Positions 35,190 to 47,102 of a stretch of 64,000 bases of DNA are shown one piece after another; positions within the stretch are counted from its first letter, which is position 1; each line of letters opens with the position of its first letter. The position numbers and the translations under genes were made by a program. The DNA is taken from the NCBI RefSeq assembly GCF_035084215.1, contig NC_090332.1:12214001-12278000 (forward strand). Direction: 5' to 3'. Source of the DNA: Heptranchias perlo. Its lineage: Eukaryota. The notes under the pieces were generated by a model. That model was not told the origin of the DNA. It did no database searches and saw nothing but the letters and a program-made list of their open reading frames with translations.

Positions 35190-35590
35190 TTGGAGAAGCT
35201 GGGATTGTTCTCCTTAGAGCAAAGAAGTTTATGGGGAGATTTAATAGAGGTGTTCAAAATGATGAGGGGTTTTGATAGAGTAGATAAGGAGAAACTGTTT
35301 CCACTGGCAGGAGGGTCAGTAACCAGAGAACACAGATTTTAGATAATTGGCAAAAGAACTGGAGGAGAATTGAGGAGAAATGTTTTTATGCATCAATTTG
35401 TTATGATCTGGAATGCACTGCCTGTAAAAGGTGGGGTGGGGGGGGAGGGGTGGAAGAACTTTCAAAAGGGAATTGGATCCATTCTTGAAAAGGAAACATT
35501 TGCAGGGCTATGGTGGAAGGAGCAAGGGAGTGGGACTAATTGAATATCTCTTTCAAAGAGCCGGCACAGGCATGATGGGCCAAATGGAGG
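35190..35590 (+). mobile_element. CR1 LINE (family B) 3' end
   Basis: ggagaagctgggattgttctccttagagc..ctggaatgcactgcctg..aaagagccggcacaggcatgatgggcc. Confidence 0.9.
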
Positions 35591-35617
35591 GGAGGGGGAG
35601 AGGGCTGCTGAGGGGTA

Positions 35618-36078
35618 AAAGAAAGAAAGACTTGTATTTATATAGCGCCTTTCATGACCTCAGGACATTCCAAAGTGCTTTACAGCCAATTAAGTGCTTG
35701 TGAAGTGTAGTCATTGTTGTAATGTAGGATACGCGGCAGTCAATTTGTGCACAGCAAGCTCCCACAAACAGCAATGTGACAATGACCAGACCATCTGTTT
35801 TTGGTGGTGTTGATCAAGGGAAAAATATTGGCCAGGGCACCGGGGAGAACTTCCCTGCTCTTCTTCAAAATAGCACCATGGGATCTTTTATGTCCATCTG
35901 AGAGGCCACTGGTTTAATGTCTATTCCAAACAACAGCACTTCCAACAGTGTAGCAGTCCCTCAGTATTGCACTAGAGGCTTAGCCTAGATTATGTACTCA
36001 GGTCCCTAGAGTGGGATTTGAACCCACAACCATTCTGATTCAGTGATGAGGGTGCTACCCACTGAGCCATGGGTAGCA
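35618..36078 (-). mobile_element. Full-length Deu-domain tRNA SINE (SacSINE1/AmnSINE1-like)
   Basis: Minus-strand head tggctcagtgggtagc (A box), ggttcaaatccc (B box), Deu core aaaagatcccatgg..gaagaagagcaggg, L2-like tail. Confidence 0.9.
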
Positions 36079-37179
36079 CACAAGGTCAATACTGTAACAA
36101 ACCTCTGGAGTTCTTCTCCACCTTGCTGTGGCTGCTGGAGGAAAGGGAGGGAGCTGATCTCTTCTACAGTTTCCAGGAGCTGTTATCACTGAAATTAACT
36201 TTTATTGCTTTGCGTACAGATTTGGAGCATTTTATTTACTGACATAAAATCAAATTGCTCAGGCGCCAGTTTAATCATAGTTAATTATGGTGGGATTAAT
36301 AAAGTTCCACTAATTGTCAAAGCAAGGAAGTTCCACAGTGCCCATTTTTACAAGATGCACATTTATGCTGTAGACTGTGTTTTATAGGCTGACAAACGAG
36401 GTAGAAGTGGCTGTACAATGTCCAGACACAGACTATAATTTTCAGTTTGCAAATTGCAGCGTGGAATGCACGATAATCAACAGCACACTCTTGTATACTG
36501 GGCTTCACTTTAAATAAAGATATATTGTTCCTACACAGATGTATTGTGTAATTTTTGTTTAAGAAATCAGATTTATTACAATGTCTTGATACGAGTGACT
36601 CAACATGGAATAGTTCCTGTTCCCTGTCCCAGTACATATAATGGTCGCTAATGAATTGTAATAAGTGACTGCGTCTGGGTCTTGAATATTGCTAATGTGT
36701 GTCACTGAATGTAATTTATAGCAGAAGGCCCCTGCCAAGGCAAAAAAACATACTTACCGCAAGGACCATATTTCCTGCCTAGACCTCGTCTAAGAGCGAC
36801 ACATACTGAACTGACCAAAGCTTCCACTTGATTGATGCTTAGTAAATATGACTGCACACGAGAGGACAGTTGGAGACAGATGGCAGCAAAGTTCTGAATC
36901 TCCTTCATTGTTCCACCTTTTGAAAGCTTCTCCATGGCTCGGTGAGTAGCAGACCCAAACAGACCAGAAGATCCCAGCTTCCATTCCCAGTCTGTGCCGT
37001 GCTAACTGATCTCAGCCAGGGTCGTGGCAGAGGTGCTACGATCGGCTTGATCAGCCCTGAGCTAGGAAAGGGGAGATCGGCCAGGGTTCCTGCTTGTGGA
37101 GAGTGTATGTGTGTAGATGTCGAACGAGGATGAGATCGGTCTCAGTTGTGATGCTGTCCACAGTTAAATAGCCTGCTGA

Positions 37180-38280
37180 CACATAGCAACATAAGAACAG
37201 GAGTAGGCCATGCAGGCCCTCCGGCCTTTTTAAAAATTTGTTCATGGGATCTGGGTGTCGCTGGCGAGGCTGTTCACTAGCAGCGCACTGTCACACTCAC
37301 AGGGCTTGCCTGAGGCTGTTTTATTTATTTATTTTTATTCGTTCATGGGATGTGGGCGTCGCTGGCGAGGCTGGCATTTATTGCCCATCCCTAATTGCCC
37401 TTGAGAAGGTGGTGGTAAGCCGCCTTCTTGAACCGCTGCGGTCCGTGTGGTGAAGGTTCTCCCACTGTGCTGTTAGGAAGGGAGTTCCAGGATTTTGACC
37501 CAGTGATGATGAAGGAACGGTGATATATTTCCAAGTTGGGATGGTGTGTGACTTGGAGGGGAACGTGCAGGTGGTGTTGTTCCCATGTGCCTGCTGCCCT
37601 TGTCCTTCTAGGTGGTAGAGGTCGCGGGTTTGGGAGGTGCTGTCGAAGAAGCCTTGGCGAGTTGCTGCAGTGCATCCTGTGGATGGTGCACACTGCAGCC
37701 ACTGCGCGCCGGTGGTGAAGGGAGTGAATGTTTAGGGTGGTGGATGGGGTGCCAATCAAGCGGGCTGCTTTGTCCTGGATTGTTGAGTATTGTTGGAGCT
37801 GCACTCATCCAGGCAAGTGGAGAGTATTCTAGATTGTAGATGGTGGAAAGGCTTTGGGGAGTCAGGAGGTGAGTCACTCGCCGCAGAATACCCAGCCTCT
37901 GACCTGCTCTTGTAGCCACAGTATTTATATGGCTGGTCCAGTTAATTTTCTAGTCAATGGTGACCCCCAGGATGTTGATGGTGGGGGATTCGGCGATGGT
38001 AATGCCGTTGAATGTCAAGAGGAGGTGGTTAGACTATTTCTTGTTGGAGATGGTCATTGCCTGGCACTTGTCCGCCTGTTCCACCATTTAATTAGATCAT
38101 GGCTGATCTGTATCTTGACTCATTTTACCCATCTTGGTTCGGAACCCATAATACCTTTGACTAATAAAATTCTATCAATCTCAGTTTTGAAATTTTCAAT
38201 TGACCCCCAGCCTCAACTGCTTTTTGGGGGAGAGAGTTCTAGATTTCCACTACCCTCCGTGTGAAGAAGTGCTTCTTGAC
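37180..38280 (-). mobile_element. CR1-A 3' end (37180-37225 and 38072-38280) split by LINE-B
   Basis: acataagaacaggagtaggcca.. continues as gcctgttccaccatttaattagatcatggctgatct. Confidence 0.8.
37320..38070 (-). mobile_element. LINE-B 3' end
   Basis: Near-identical to 28045-28660 in reverse; A-rich tail at 37320-37340. Confidence 0.95.
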
Positions 38281-38809
38281 TTGCTGTCAAGGCTCATAAT
38301 GGTGACTTGGATGAGGTACTGAATGGTGGGACTGTACCCTGGGCTTCAGGAGTGGAGGAAATTAGCAAAAGAAAACAACAGAAGCTGTGACCTAATGGAA
38401 TTTTATTTATTTTTTGTTAGTTTTATCATCGTATCTTCAGGCCTCCCGACCTCATTCAACATTCCTCAACTTTGATGGTGATCTCCTTCCAGGCCTCTAT
38501 CGGGGCAGCTGTACTGATGTTACATCTGCCAATTACAAGCCGATGAAGCATGGGTGGACTAACTCACAGGTCTACTGGGCCAGTGCCCAGGGGCTCCAGT
38601 CAAATACGGGACCCCCCCCCCCCGTAAAACTTACCCTGACACAGAAACACTGCACACAACCGTTGGATCAAAATATACCAGCATTTAAAAAATAATGTCA
38701 GTAAGGGGAAAGGCAGAGTCGGCAGATTTGTTACAATATAAGTAATGACATCTGGCGTTGCTGTTTCCGTTTGTGTTTTGAATGGATTTGGGGGGTGGGC
38801 GGAGGGGGG

Positions 38810-39700
38810 TGGGTGGGCGGCAATTATGCCTGGTGTTGCAGATGTTTCCTGGGGTGTCTTGGAAGGAGACAGCATCAATGAAGGTTTCATGCTATGGTGA
38901 CCCTCACTTCAATGGCAAGGGCTGTCGCTATTCCAGATGTTGTCTGCAGGTCATCCTGCAGCGGATGGCAGCCTATCCTGTGAGGCAGAGGCAGGACTTA
39001 TCTGATACTATTCCAGTGCTCTCCTGGCCGGCCTCCCACCTTGCACCCTCCGTAAACTTGAGATCATCCAAAACTTTGCTGCCCGTATCCTAACCTGCAC
39101 CAAGTCCTGTTCACCCATCACCCCTGTGCTCGTTGACCTACATTGGCTCCCGGTCCGGCAACACCTTGATTTTAAAATTCTCATCCTTGTTTTCAAATCC
39201 CTCCATGGCCTCACCCCTCCCTATCTCTGTAACCTCTTCCAGCGCTACAACCCTCCGAGATCTCTGCACTCCTCCAAATCTGGCCTCTTGTGCATCCCCG
39301 AATTTCATCACTCCACCTTTGGCACTCACTCCCCCTTCAGCTGCCTAGACCCTAAGCTGTGGAATTCCCTCCCTAAACCTCTCCGCCTCTCCATCACTCT
39401 CTCCTCCTTTAAGAAGCTCCTTAAAACCTATTTCTTTGGCCAAGCTTTTGGTCACCTGTCTTAACATCTCCTTATGTGGCTCAGTGTCAAATTTTGTTTG
39501 ATAACGCTCCTTTGAAGCACCTTGGGACGTTTTACTACGTTAAAGGCGCTATATAAATGCAAGTTGTTGTTGTTGATACATCCAAGTGTGGGTGGCGGGT
39601 TGGTGCTGGGCGTGGCCAGAACGCCTCGTTGGTATTCGCAGCAGCGTTTGTTGGACTCCGGTGAACTCCTCTTCTTCATCTCAATTATGCAGCACATTCT
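38810..39700 (-). pseudogene. Harbinger transposase N-terminal remnant, split by L2
   Basis: Minus strand: HLDVS|DKSCL..HPLQDDLQ..TALAIEVRVTIA*N(fs)F..VSFQDTPGNICN, matching YLDLS.EQC..LLQ.DLQ..TALPV.VKVT.ALNF..GSFQ..GDIC. Confidence 0.7.
39009..39574 (+). mobile_element. L2 LINE 3' end with TSD
   Basis: LVDLHWLPVRQHLDFKILILVFKSLHG..KLWNSLP; tail (ttg)n; tgatac duplicated on both flanks. Confidence 0.94.
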
Positions 39701-39900
39701 GATCCCTAGAAGGATTATCTATCCTCACCTCTTTGTAAGGGGCCGTGTCAAAGCCAGCAGTATGTAGGGACAATGACGAAAAGTAGCAGCAGAGAAAAAG
39801 AGGCAAAAATGGAGCTGGAAAATACAACAAATGATTGACGCAAAATGCAGCCAAGAGGATCTGAGAAAACAATCTCTCCCTCCAAAAAGAATACAAAATT

Positions 39901-40647
39901 GGCTTGGAAATTGTGCTGAGTGGCGAACGGGTGTCACCCGCTGCTCGTACGTAATTAACTCATGCACGAACATTTTGCGGGCTTCTGGGCGGCAACTTGC
40001 TTCAGTGGCGAGCTGCAAAAGATGCAGCTGCCTTTCCCGGGCTTCTCTGAGTTGTGAGAGCGGGGAAAGGATCTCTCTCTTCCCCTCAACAGATCAGCTT
40101 GACAAGCCGCGCAGACTATGAACCAGGAAGTGTCAGGTAGACTAGTAAATTCACTATAAAATCAGTTAGATAAAGCAAAATAAAGAGAGGGTAAGATTAA
40201 AAGACAGAGATAAAAGAGACAGAAAAAATAAGTAACAGAATAAAAATCTTAAACCTTTTACATTTTTTTTAAATGTCCAACAATTAAAATCGGAAGTAAT
40301 GAGGCTCTACTTTTCAAAAAGTTAATTTTCAGTTCCAGAGAGGATTTTTGGGAGTCATTTAGACTTACCACACCGTTAAAAGTTAGCTTAGACCTAAAAA
40401 AGCCAGCGTACCTTTTTAATGGCGAGATTAGTTCGTTTCCAGCTGGGCAGGAGAGCAAGTTGGCGCTGGTCCATTGTTTCAGCCGGCGAACTGTCCTTCC
40501 CGTGCAGCTTTCAGAGGAACAGGGCAAATGGTGGAGCAATTTCCAGATTTCCGCATTTGACTGCGCACGTGTGGTCACTGGAACTTGCCCTGAAATAACA
40601 GTGAGCCCTGTTAGCCTCGCCGTTATTTCTTGAGCAATTTCCAGGCC
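39901..40647. mobile_element. MITE (Harbinger-like)
   Basis: TIRs ggcttggaaattg / caatttccaggcc. Confidence 0.65.
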
Positions 40648-41221
40648 TACACCTCCATGCTTACAGGCCAGCTCCCCAGGACTCCTGTGCGCCCATTAGC
40701 CTGTCCTTGTAAAATTTGGTGTGGGACTCGGAATTGCTAATTTAAACATGTAAAGGAGGCTTGCCTGTGCCGGTAACACGGCCTCCGTGAAAGGGCCCGC
40801 ACCGTGCTTCGCTAAATGGGTTTTATTACCCGTGCCCACATAGGTGAGGCTCTGCCTGCATCCTTGGGACCTCTCAACATTTACCTTAACATATTAGGAA
40901 AAGCTCACTCCAACAGAGAAAATGAATTTGAATCCCCATTTCTGTACAGGGACTGATGTTGTTGAATTGGGGTGGAGGAGGTGGGGGAGTGTTCAGGCAG
41001 GCTCGGGTCTTGAAACAGACAGGAAGGATTTGCTCTGAAACTTTACTTCCGAGTGGCCACGTTGGCAATCACTGTGGCAAGTTCCCGGTGAAGTAGGTGC
41101 CGCATCTGTCTCGGTGTAGACAGAAACCGTCATTTGCAGGGTCGTCTTGTCACTCAGAGCACCTTTGCACCTGGCCACGTGTCTAAACCTCTAGCAGAAG
41201 GCATCACCACATCAACAACAA

Positions 41222-41530
41222 CCTTCTGTCTTTCGGATGAGTCGTTAAACCAAGGCCCCGTCTGCCCTCCTCAAGTGGACGTAAAAGATTCCGCGGCTCT
41301 ATTTCGAAGAGGAGCAGAGGAGTTCTCGCCAGTGTCCTGGACAATATTTATCCCTTGACCAACAAATTATCTGGTCATTATCTCGTTGCTGTTTGTGGGA
41401 CCTTGCTGTGCGCAAAAATTGGCTGCTGCGTTTCCTAGTGACTACACTTCAAAAGTACTTAATTGGCTGTAAAGCGCTTTGGGACGTCCTGAGGTTGTGA
41501 AAGGCGCTATATAAATGCAAGTCTTTCTTT
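41222..41530 (+). mobile_element. Deu-SINE, 5'-truncated
   Basis: gtctttcggatgagtcgttaaacc..aaggcgctatataaatgcaagtctttc. Confidence 0.9.
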
Positions 41531-41576
41531 AAATAGTTAACAGAAAACCACACTGCTTGAACCAAACATTCCTTAC

Positions 41577-41595
41577 TGTGTGTGTGTGTGTGTGT
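41577..41595. repeat. (TG)n microsatellite
   Basis: Direct observation. Confidence 0.9.
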
Positions 41596-41848
41596 TCTGT
41601 CAGCCTGCTTATGTTTCTGGTACCTTTAACCAAACATACCTTCTTCTCCTAAAGCATGCTTTTGTTGCATCTTTTATTGTTTTAGGAGCTTGGTGGTTTC
41701 TTGAGAGGGGGCAGCAGTTTTCGCGAGGTTGTCTGTCACGTTTTCAATAGCTTAATGGTGGCGGCGCACATCCTTATGCCCTCTAGTGTCAAGGGTTAAG
41801 TGATTCTGTCCACAGTCTTTGTCCTGTTTGCGCCTTGTCTTCCTACAG

Positions 41849-41994
41849 CGGTTGTTCACTGAGGAAGAACAGGCGAGAGCTGCAGAGAGTCAGCGTCACA
41901 TCCAACCTACTGGAAACAGGCCGCAGCCTGGGTCCTCAAGTGCTTCACGGCTGGGCTGAACAAAGGGCGGGGAAGATGACACATTAAGCAGCAA
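41849..41994 (+). other. Candidate non-coding spliced exon
   Basis: Polypyrimidine tract ending ttcctacag| and donor caa|gtgagt; stop codons in all three frames. Confidence 0.25.
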
Positions 41995-42129
41995 GTGAGT
42001 TGCACCTTTATGTGGGCCCCGGAGCCTGTAACCTATTAACAAAGCAATCAAGAGGAGAATTCTCTTCAGCTAAAGTAGGTGATGCTATGCCGACTAACAG
42101 CTTTAAAAAAACTAATGGCTGAGTATGTG

Positions 42130-42272
42130 TCGCAGTGGCCCAGCTGACACACGGTGGAACTCAGGGATATAGAGCCAGAGGTCCCTGGGTCGATCCCCAG
42201 TCTCTGCTGATTTAGATGATCGCAGCCAGGGTAAGGACGGGGCTGAGATGTTACAATCGGCCTTGGTGCAGG
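42130..42272 (+). mobile_element. AmnSINE2-like SINE 5' part
   Basis: gaggtccctgggtcgatccccagtctctgctgatttag..cagccaggg..tacaatcggcct. Confidence 0.6.
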
Positions 42273-42357
42273 TTCTACATGGTCTGTGTAGAAGGAATGT
42301 GCGTTTGATGGCCTGGATAGCTTTTTCTTGTTCCATCCCTCTTAGGTTTCTCTCTCA

Positions 42358-43015
42358 GTGTCAGCCGAGGCTCAGTGGGTAGCACTCTCGCCTCTTTGAG
42401 TCGTGAAGATGGGTTCAAATCCCACTCCAGAGACTTAAGCACAAAACCTACTGGTGGAGTGCTGCATTGTCGCAGGTGCTGTCTTTCAGATGAGATGTTA
42501 AACCGAGGCCCCACCTGCCCTCTCAACTGGATGTAAAAGATCCCATGGCATTATTTTGAAGAAGAGCAGGGGAGTTCTCCCTGGGGTCCTGGCCAATATT
42601 TACCCACTAACCAACAACACTAAAACAGATTATCTGATCTTTATCACGATACTGTTTGTGGGAGCTCACTGGGCGCAAATTGGCAACCGCGTCTCCCACA
42701 TTACAACAGTGACTACACTTCAAAAGTACTTCATCAGCTATAAATGTTATGATCTGGGATGCACTATCTCAAAGGGTGGTTGAAGCAGATTCAATAGTAA
42801 CTTTCAAAAGGGAATGGGATATATAATTGAAAAGGAGAGATTAGCAGGTCTATGGGCAAAGAGCAGGGGAGTGAGACTAATTGGACTGCTCTTTCAAAGT
42901 GTAGGCACAGACACAATGGACTGAATGGCCTCCTTCTGTGCTGTATGATTCTATGAAAGTGCTTTGGGATGTCCTGAGGTTGTGAATGTGATATATAAAT
43001 GCTAGTTCTTTCTTT
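42358..43015 (+). mobile_element. Full-length Deu-SINE interrupted by CR1-B
   Basis: A box ggctcagtgggtagc, B box ggttcaaatccc, Deu core; tail resumes at ~42956. Confidence 0.9.
42745..42955 (+). mobile_element. CR1-B 3' end inserted in a Deu-SINE
   Basis: gatctgggatgcact..ggcctccttctgtgctgtatgattctatg. Confidence 0.88.
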
Positions 43016-44052
43016 TACCCTGACCACACCCTGCTTCTCCCAACTGCCGCAGTGCCTCTCTCGTCCTATGGCAAATAAAGGCAGTTTCTACGGGTGCTGC
43101 TTGCGATCAGCTGACAGTCAGTGCGTGCGTGTGTTGTAAACTAAACTTTGCTTTCACAACCTTTCCTCACAGCTGTCAACATAGGGGAAATGCGAGGAGT
43201 GAGATTTATAGTGAGTCGGAGTGACAAAGGCTGGCAACTCGCTCAAACACCCTATGGAGCGGGGCATTTATTTTGCAGGGTGACAACCATCATAAATAGG
43301 TGTGTGTCAATCACAATGAGCGACTGACGCTTGGCAGGTCTGTCTCCCTGAGATGGAAGTGCTTCCAGGCGAGAGCCGGTAAAAGTTGCTGGAATAGACT
43401 GAGAATGACAGCAGAGACTGCGATATCAGTTTGGGCTGTCAGCAGTCTGCTATTCCAATTCCAAGGCCACCCTATGCTATTGTATCACTGCACTCGAATT
43501 ATACCGTGTAACCAAGCTTGCAGCTGATGTAATGGAAGCAATGTGTTCCTTTTTTAAGAATAAAAGCAACAAATGAAATCCTTCACTAAATAATAATCCT
43601 GTGATTTTTGCCTCTACTTTTTCTCAAAATGTATGGCAGGCTGGCTCTAATGAAACTGCCCAAACCCTAGCCTCACAGAATGCAGAGATATGAAGAATAG
43701 GAGGGAGGAAGATTTCAAAGTTTACGATTCTCCTGTACAAAGGAAGCCTTCCTCCATGATGTCAACTGTGGCTCAACGGTAGCACCCTCGCCTCTGAGTT
43801 GAAAGGTCATGGGTTCAAGTCCCTCTCCAGAGACTTGAGCACATAATCCAGGCTGACACTCCAGTGCAGTACTGAGGGAGTGCTGCACTGTCGGAGGTGC
43901 CGTCTTTCAGATGAAACGTTAAACTGAGGCCCCCCTCTGTCCTTACCTCGTTAGGTAAAAGAGCCCATGGCACTATTCGAAGCAGAGCAGGGGAGTTCTC
44001 CCCGGTGTCCTGGCCAATATTTATCCCTCGACCAACATCACTAAGACAGATT

Positions 44053-44191
44053 GGGGGATAAAATTGAACATGGGAGGGGATGCAATACACGCTCTACCCG
44101 GTATTCAGTTATACTGACTTCAATAGACGTGTCATATAACGGTCGGCAAATGTGATTCCACCTGTTGTGCGTCCATGTCCAATTTAACCCC
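44053..44191. mobile_element. Short palindromic MITE inside a SINE
   Basis: TIRs ggggataaaattgaacatgg / ccatgtccaatttaacccc. Confidence 0.75.
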
Positions 44192-44251
44192 AATTGCTGT
44201 TTGTGGGAGCTTGCTGTGCCCAAATTGTCTGCCGCATTTCCTACATTACAA

Positions 44252-44594
44252 TCATAGAATCATAGAATGGTTACAGCACAGAAGGAGGCCATTCAACCCG
44301 TCGAGCATGTGCCAGTTCTCTACAAGAGCAATCCAGCTAGTCCCTTTCCCTGTAACCCTGCAAATTTTTTCCCTTCAGGTACTTATCCAGTTCCCTTTTG
44401 AAGGCCACGATTGAATCTGCCTCCACCATCCCCTCGGGCAGTGCATTCCAGATCATAACCACTCGCTACGTAAAAAAGTTTTTCCTTGTGTTGCCTTTGC
44501 TTCTTTTGCCAATCACCTTAAATCTTTGTCCTCTGGTTCTTGACCCTTCTGCCAATGGGAACAGTTTCTCTCTATTTACTCTGTCTAGACCCCT
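44252..44594 (-). mobile_element. CR1-B 3' end
   Basis: atcatagaatcatagaat..cagaaggaggccattc; matches 18452-18800. Confidence 0.9.
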
Positions 44595-46789
44595 CAGTGA
44601 CTACACTTCAAAAGTATTTCATTGGCTGTAAAATGCCTTGGGACATCCTGAGGTTGTGAAAGGTGCTATATAAATGCGAGTCTTTCTTTCTTTCATTATC
44701 ACTGTCTCAGCCAAGAAAAACCTCCACTGTAATAGATTGGTTAAGGGCTAGAAGTCAAGATGACACTTTTTAAAAACTGTTAGTTCCTATTATTACTGTA
44801 TTTCCTCACTGTGCTAGGTATCCATTCAGTTTTGTTTTCCAGGGGTGGAGGTGGTGGGGGGGGGGGCTGGAGGTTGTGCAGAGATGACTTCACAAGCCCT
44901 CAAATGACTGGTATTCACAGGGTTAAATTCCAATGAGCTAATCAGGGATTGTCCCTCATCTTCCTCCGTGCCACCCAGGGAAGAAGCAATTCATTCTCCT
45001 CTCTCCCACAAAACTACCACTGTTCAGACGTGTACTTAACATAATGCTGCCCGCAAACATGTGATTAGTTCATCCTGTTTGCGAATATAAAGGCTGTTTT
45101 GACATTGAATATGTGCTAACCACACATGTGGCTCATGCTGCTAACGGTGAAACATAGGACACTAGTGTCACACAAGCCACATTTCAGAGAGCAGGGGTTT
45201 CATACCTCAATATTATTTTTAACACATGACTGACGATTGAAATAACTGCAATAACTGTAAGATTTCCAAATTTATGTTAGATACAGACAAATGCAGAAAG
45301 TGTCTCACCAAAGCTCATGCTTGTCAATGATTCACATTAAAAAAATCTTTGAAGAATGGGCTGTTATGATTCAGACTCACTCCAGATACTTTGCAGTCAC
45401 GCCCAATGCAAGAGTCCACTTCCCCATGAAACAAAACACAAGGTTAAGTGTGAAATAGTCTGGGACAGGAGGCCACAGGGTGGACAATGAACCCTTTTAC
45501 CAAAGGGTACAGACCAGAAATGGTGCAGGATACCACCACACACTCCTGATCTTTCCGCAACACTCGAACAGACCTTACGATTCAGGCTCAAAATTAGTAA
45601 TGAGTTTGTATTAAGAGACTGAAATAACAAAATGGATTAATCTGTAGAATGAGTGCAGTAACAGAATTGTTGATCTCCTACTAGTACTTGAAAACTGTGA
45701 GATGTTAACGACCACAGTATTCACATAATCTTGGATCACAAGCCGGCGAAGCTTTCTCTTTCAACTTGGCTCTGTAGTTAGCACTCAATGCCTTTACACC
45801 AGGAGCAGAGCACCTAGCTTTCTTGTGCTGCTCCACGGGAGTGCTGCTCTTTCACAGGTGCTGTCTGTTGGATGAGATATTAAATTAAGGCTCCATCTGC
45901 TTGTTCAGGTGGATATTTTGGCCATTTGTTTCTGCTCTCTTTTTTTACTCTGGATATCTTTTGGGTTTCTTGCTATCGGCCATTCCCATAGGTGAGGCCC
46001 CATTTCCTAAGTCCCAGAGGCTGCATTCATTTGATAAATGCATAGTGTGGCCAGGGACTGAACAGAAAACCCTCTTCACATGTTGTGGCGTACTGGATTT
46101 ATCACTTGCCCTTATGTGATTTTCCTCAACTCTGGTGGCAGAATAACAGTGCACTAGACTGTGACTTAGGTTTGAACTGCCAAACAAATTTATTAAGCGG
46201 CAAAAGAATAAATGAACAGGGTCAAGGTGATCAACCAGATAACTTCAAGAGGAAGTAGCTAGTGAGTCAGAAGGATGTTCACAACATTGATTTTACAGCA
46301 ATTATTAAATTAGTAAATGCAAAAATAATAATTGCAACTGCTGTGTTAAGCAAAATATTTTTATATGATGGTTCTTTTCATTTACTCACCATCACAGAAG
46401 CTATCTGGTCCATCACTCTGAAGGCTTCAGACAGATTCTCCCATTTGAACCAGTTATGTTGATAAATATTTTCCAGAAATGATCGAAGACAAACAGATTT
46501 AAATAACTGTCTGTTAGACTCAAAAAGAAGCTGGTAATTAAATATAATTCAAACCAATCCCAGAAGTTGCTTGTATTTGAATTGGAGAGCTGGATCCCTC
46601 CCTTAGGTGCCTGGCTAAGACAAAATGACTAATTGTTGCATCTGGCGTATCAAAAACAAAAACAGAGCATGTTTTCTGTGAGTGAAGCTGATTATTAACC
46701 CCTTATGTACTGGGAGAGACTTGGAGAAGTCAATAGCAAGCTACATTTTTGAGAACAATGCTTCATTTTTGGCACAGTTGGAAGTCCCA

Positions 46790-47102
46790 TCTCTTTGATG
46801 AGATGTTCATCGTAGGTACAGCACAGGACGAGGCCATTCAGCCCATCGTGCCTACGACAGAGTTAAATCGAGTCCCAATCTGCTTGGTTGAAGATCCGAT
46901 GGGGCCATTCTAAAATGAACAGGTGATTTTCCTGGTGTCCTGGCCAACATTCCTCCCTCAGCCAGCAAAGGCAGATTAACTGGTCATTCATCTCACGCGC
47001 TGTTTGTGGGTCCTTGGTGCAAGTTGCCTGCTGTGTTTACTTACATAAAAACCCTGGCTGCACGCCAAAAGTATTTCATTTGTTGTGAAGTGCTTTGGGA
47101 CG
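46790..47102 (+). mobile_element. Degenerate Deu-SINE with a small reverse CR1 tail (46812-46858)
   Basis: gatgagatgtt|..|gttaaatcgag..cctggtgtcctggccaacatt..gtgctttgggacg. Confidence 0.75.

Larger units (their letters stand above)
36935..38375 (+). mobile_element. AmnSINE2-like SINE (36935-37180, resuming 38281-38375) split by nested LINEs
   Basis: cagaccagaagatcccag..tctgtgc..ctgatctcagcc..aatagcctgctgacac | gctgtcaaggctca..gaggtact..cttcaggag. Confidence 0.65.
43760..44693 (+). mobile_element. Full-length Deu-SINE with MITE and CR1-B insertions
   Basis: Head tggctcaacggtagc..ggttcaagtccc; tail at 44595-44693. Confidence 0.9.

Noticed and set aside
36702-36935. Minus-strand 77-aa ORF with a good GTAAGT donor near 36757
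   Set aside because: No recognisable protein similarity or partner exons; not enough to call a CDS.
42358-42430. tRNA gene
   Set aside because: A/B boxes belong to a SINE head that continues into the Deu domain; no complete cloverleaf. The same applies near 36000-36078, 43760 and 53730.
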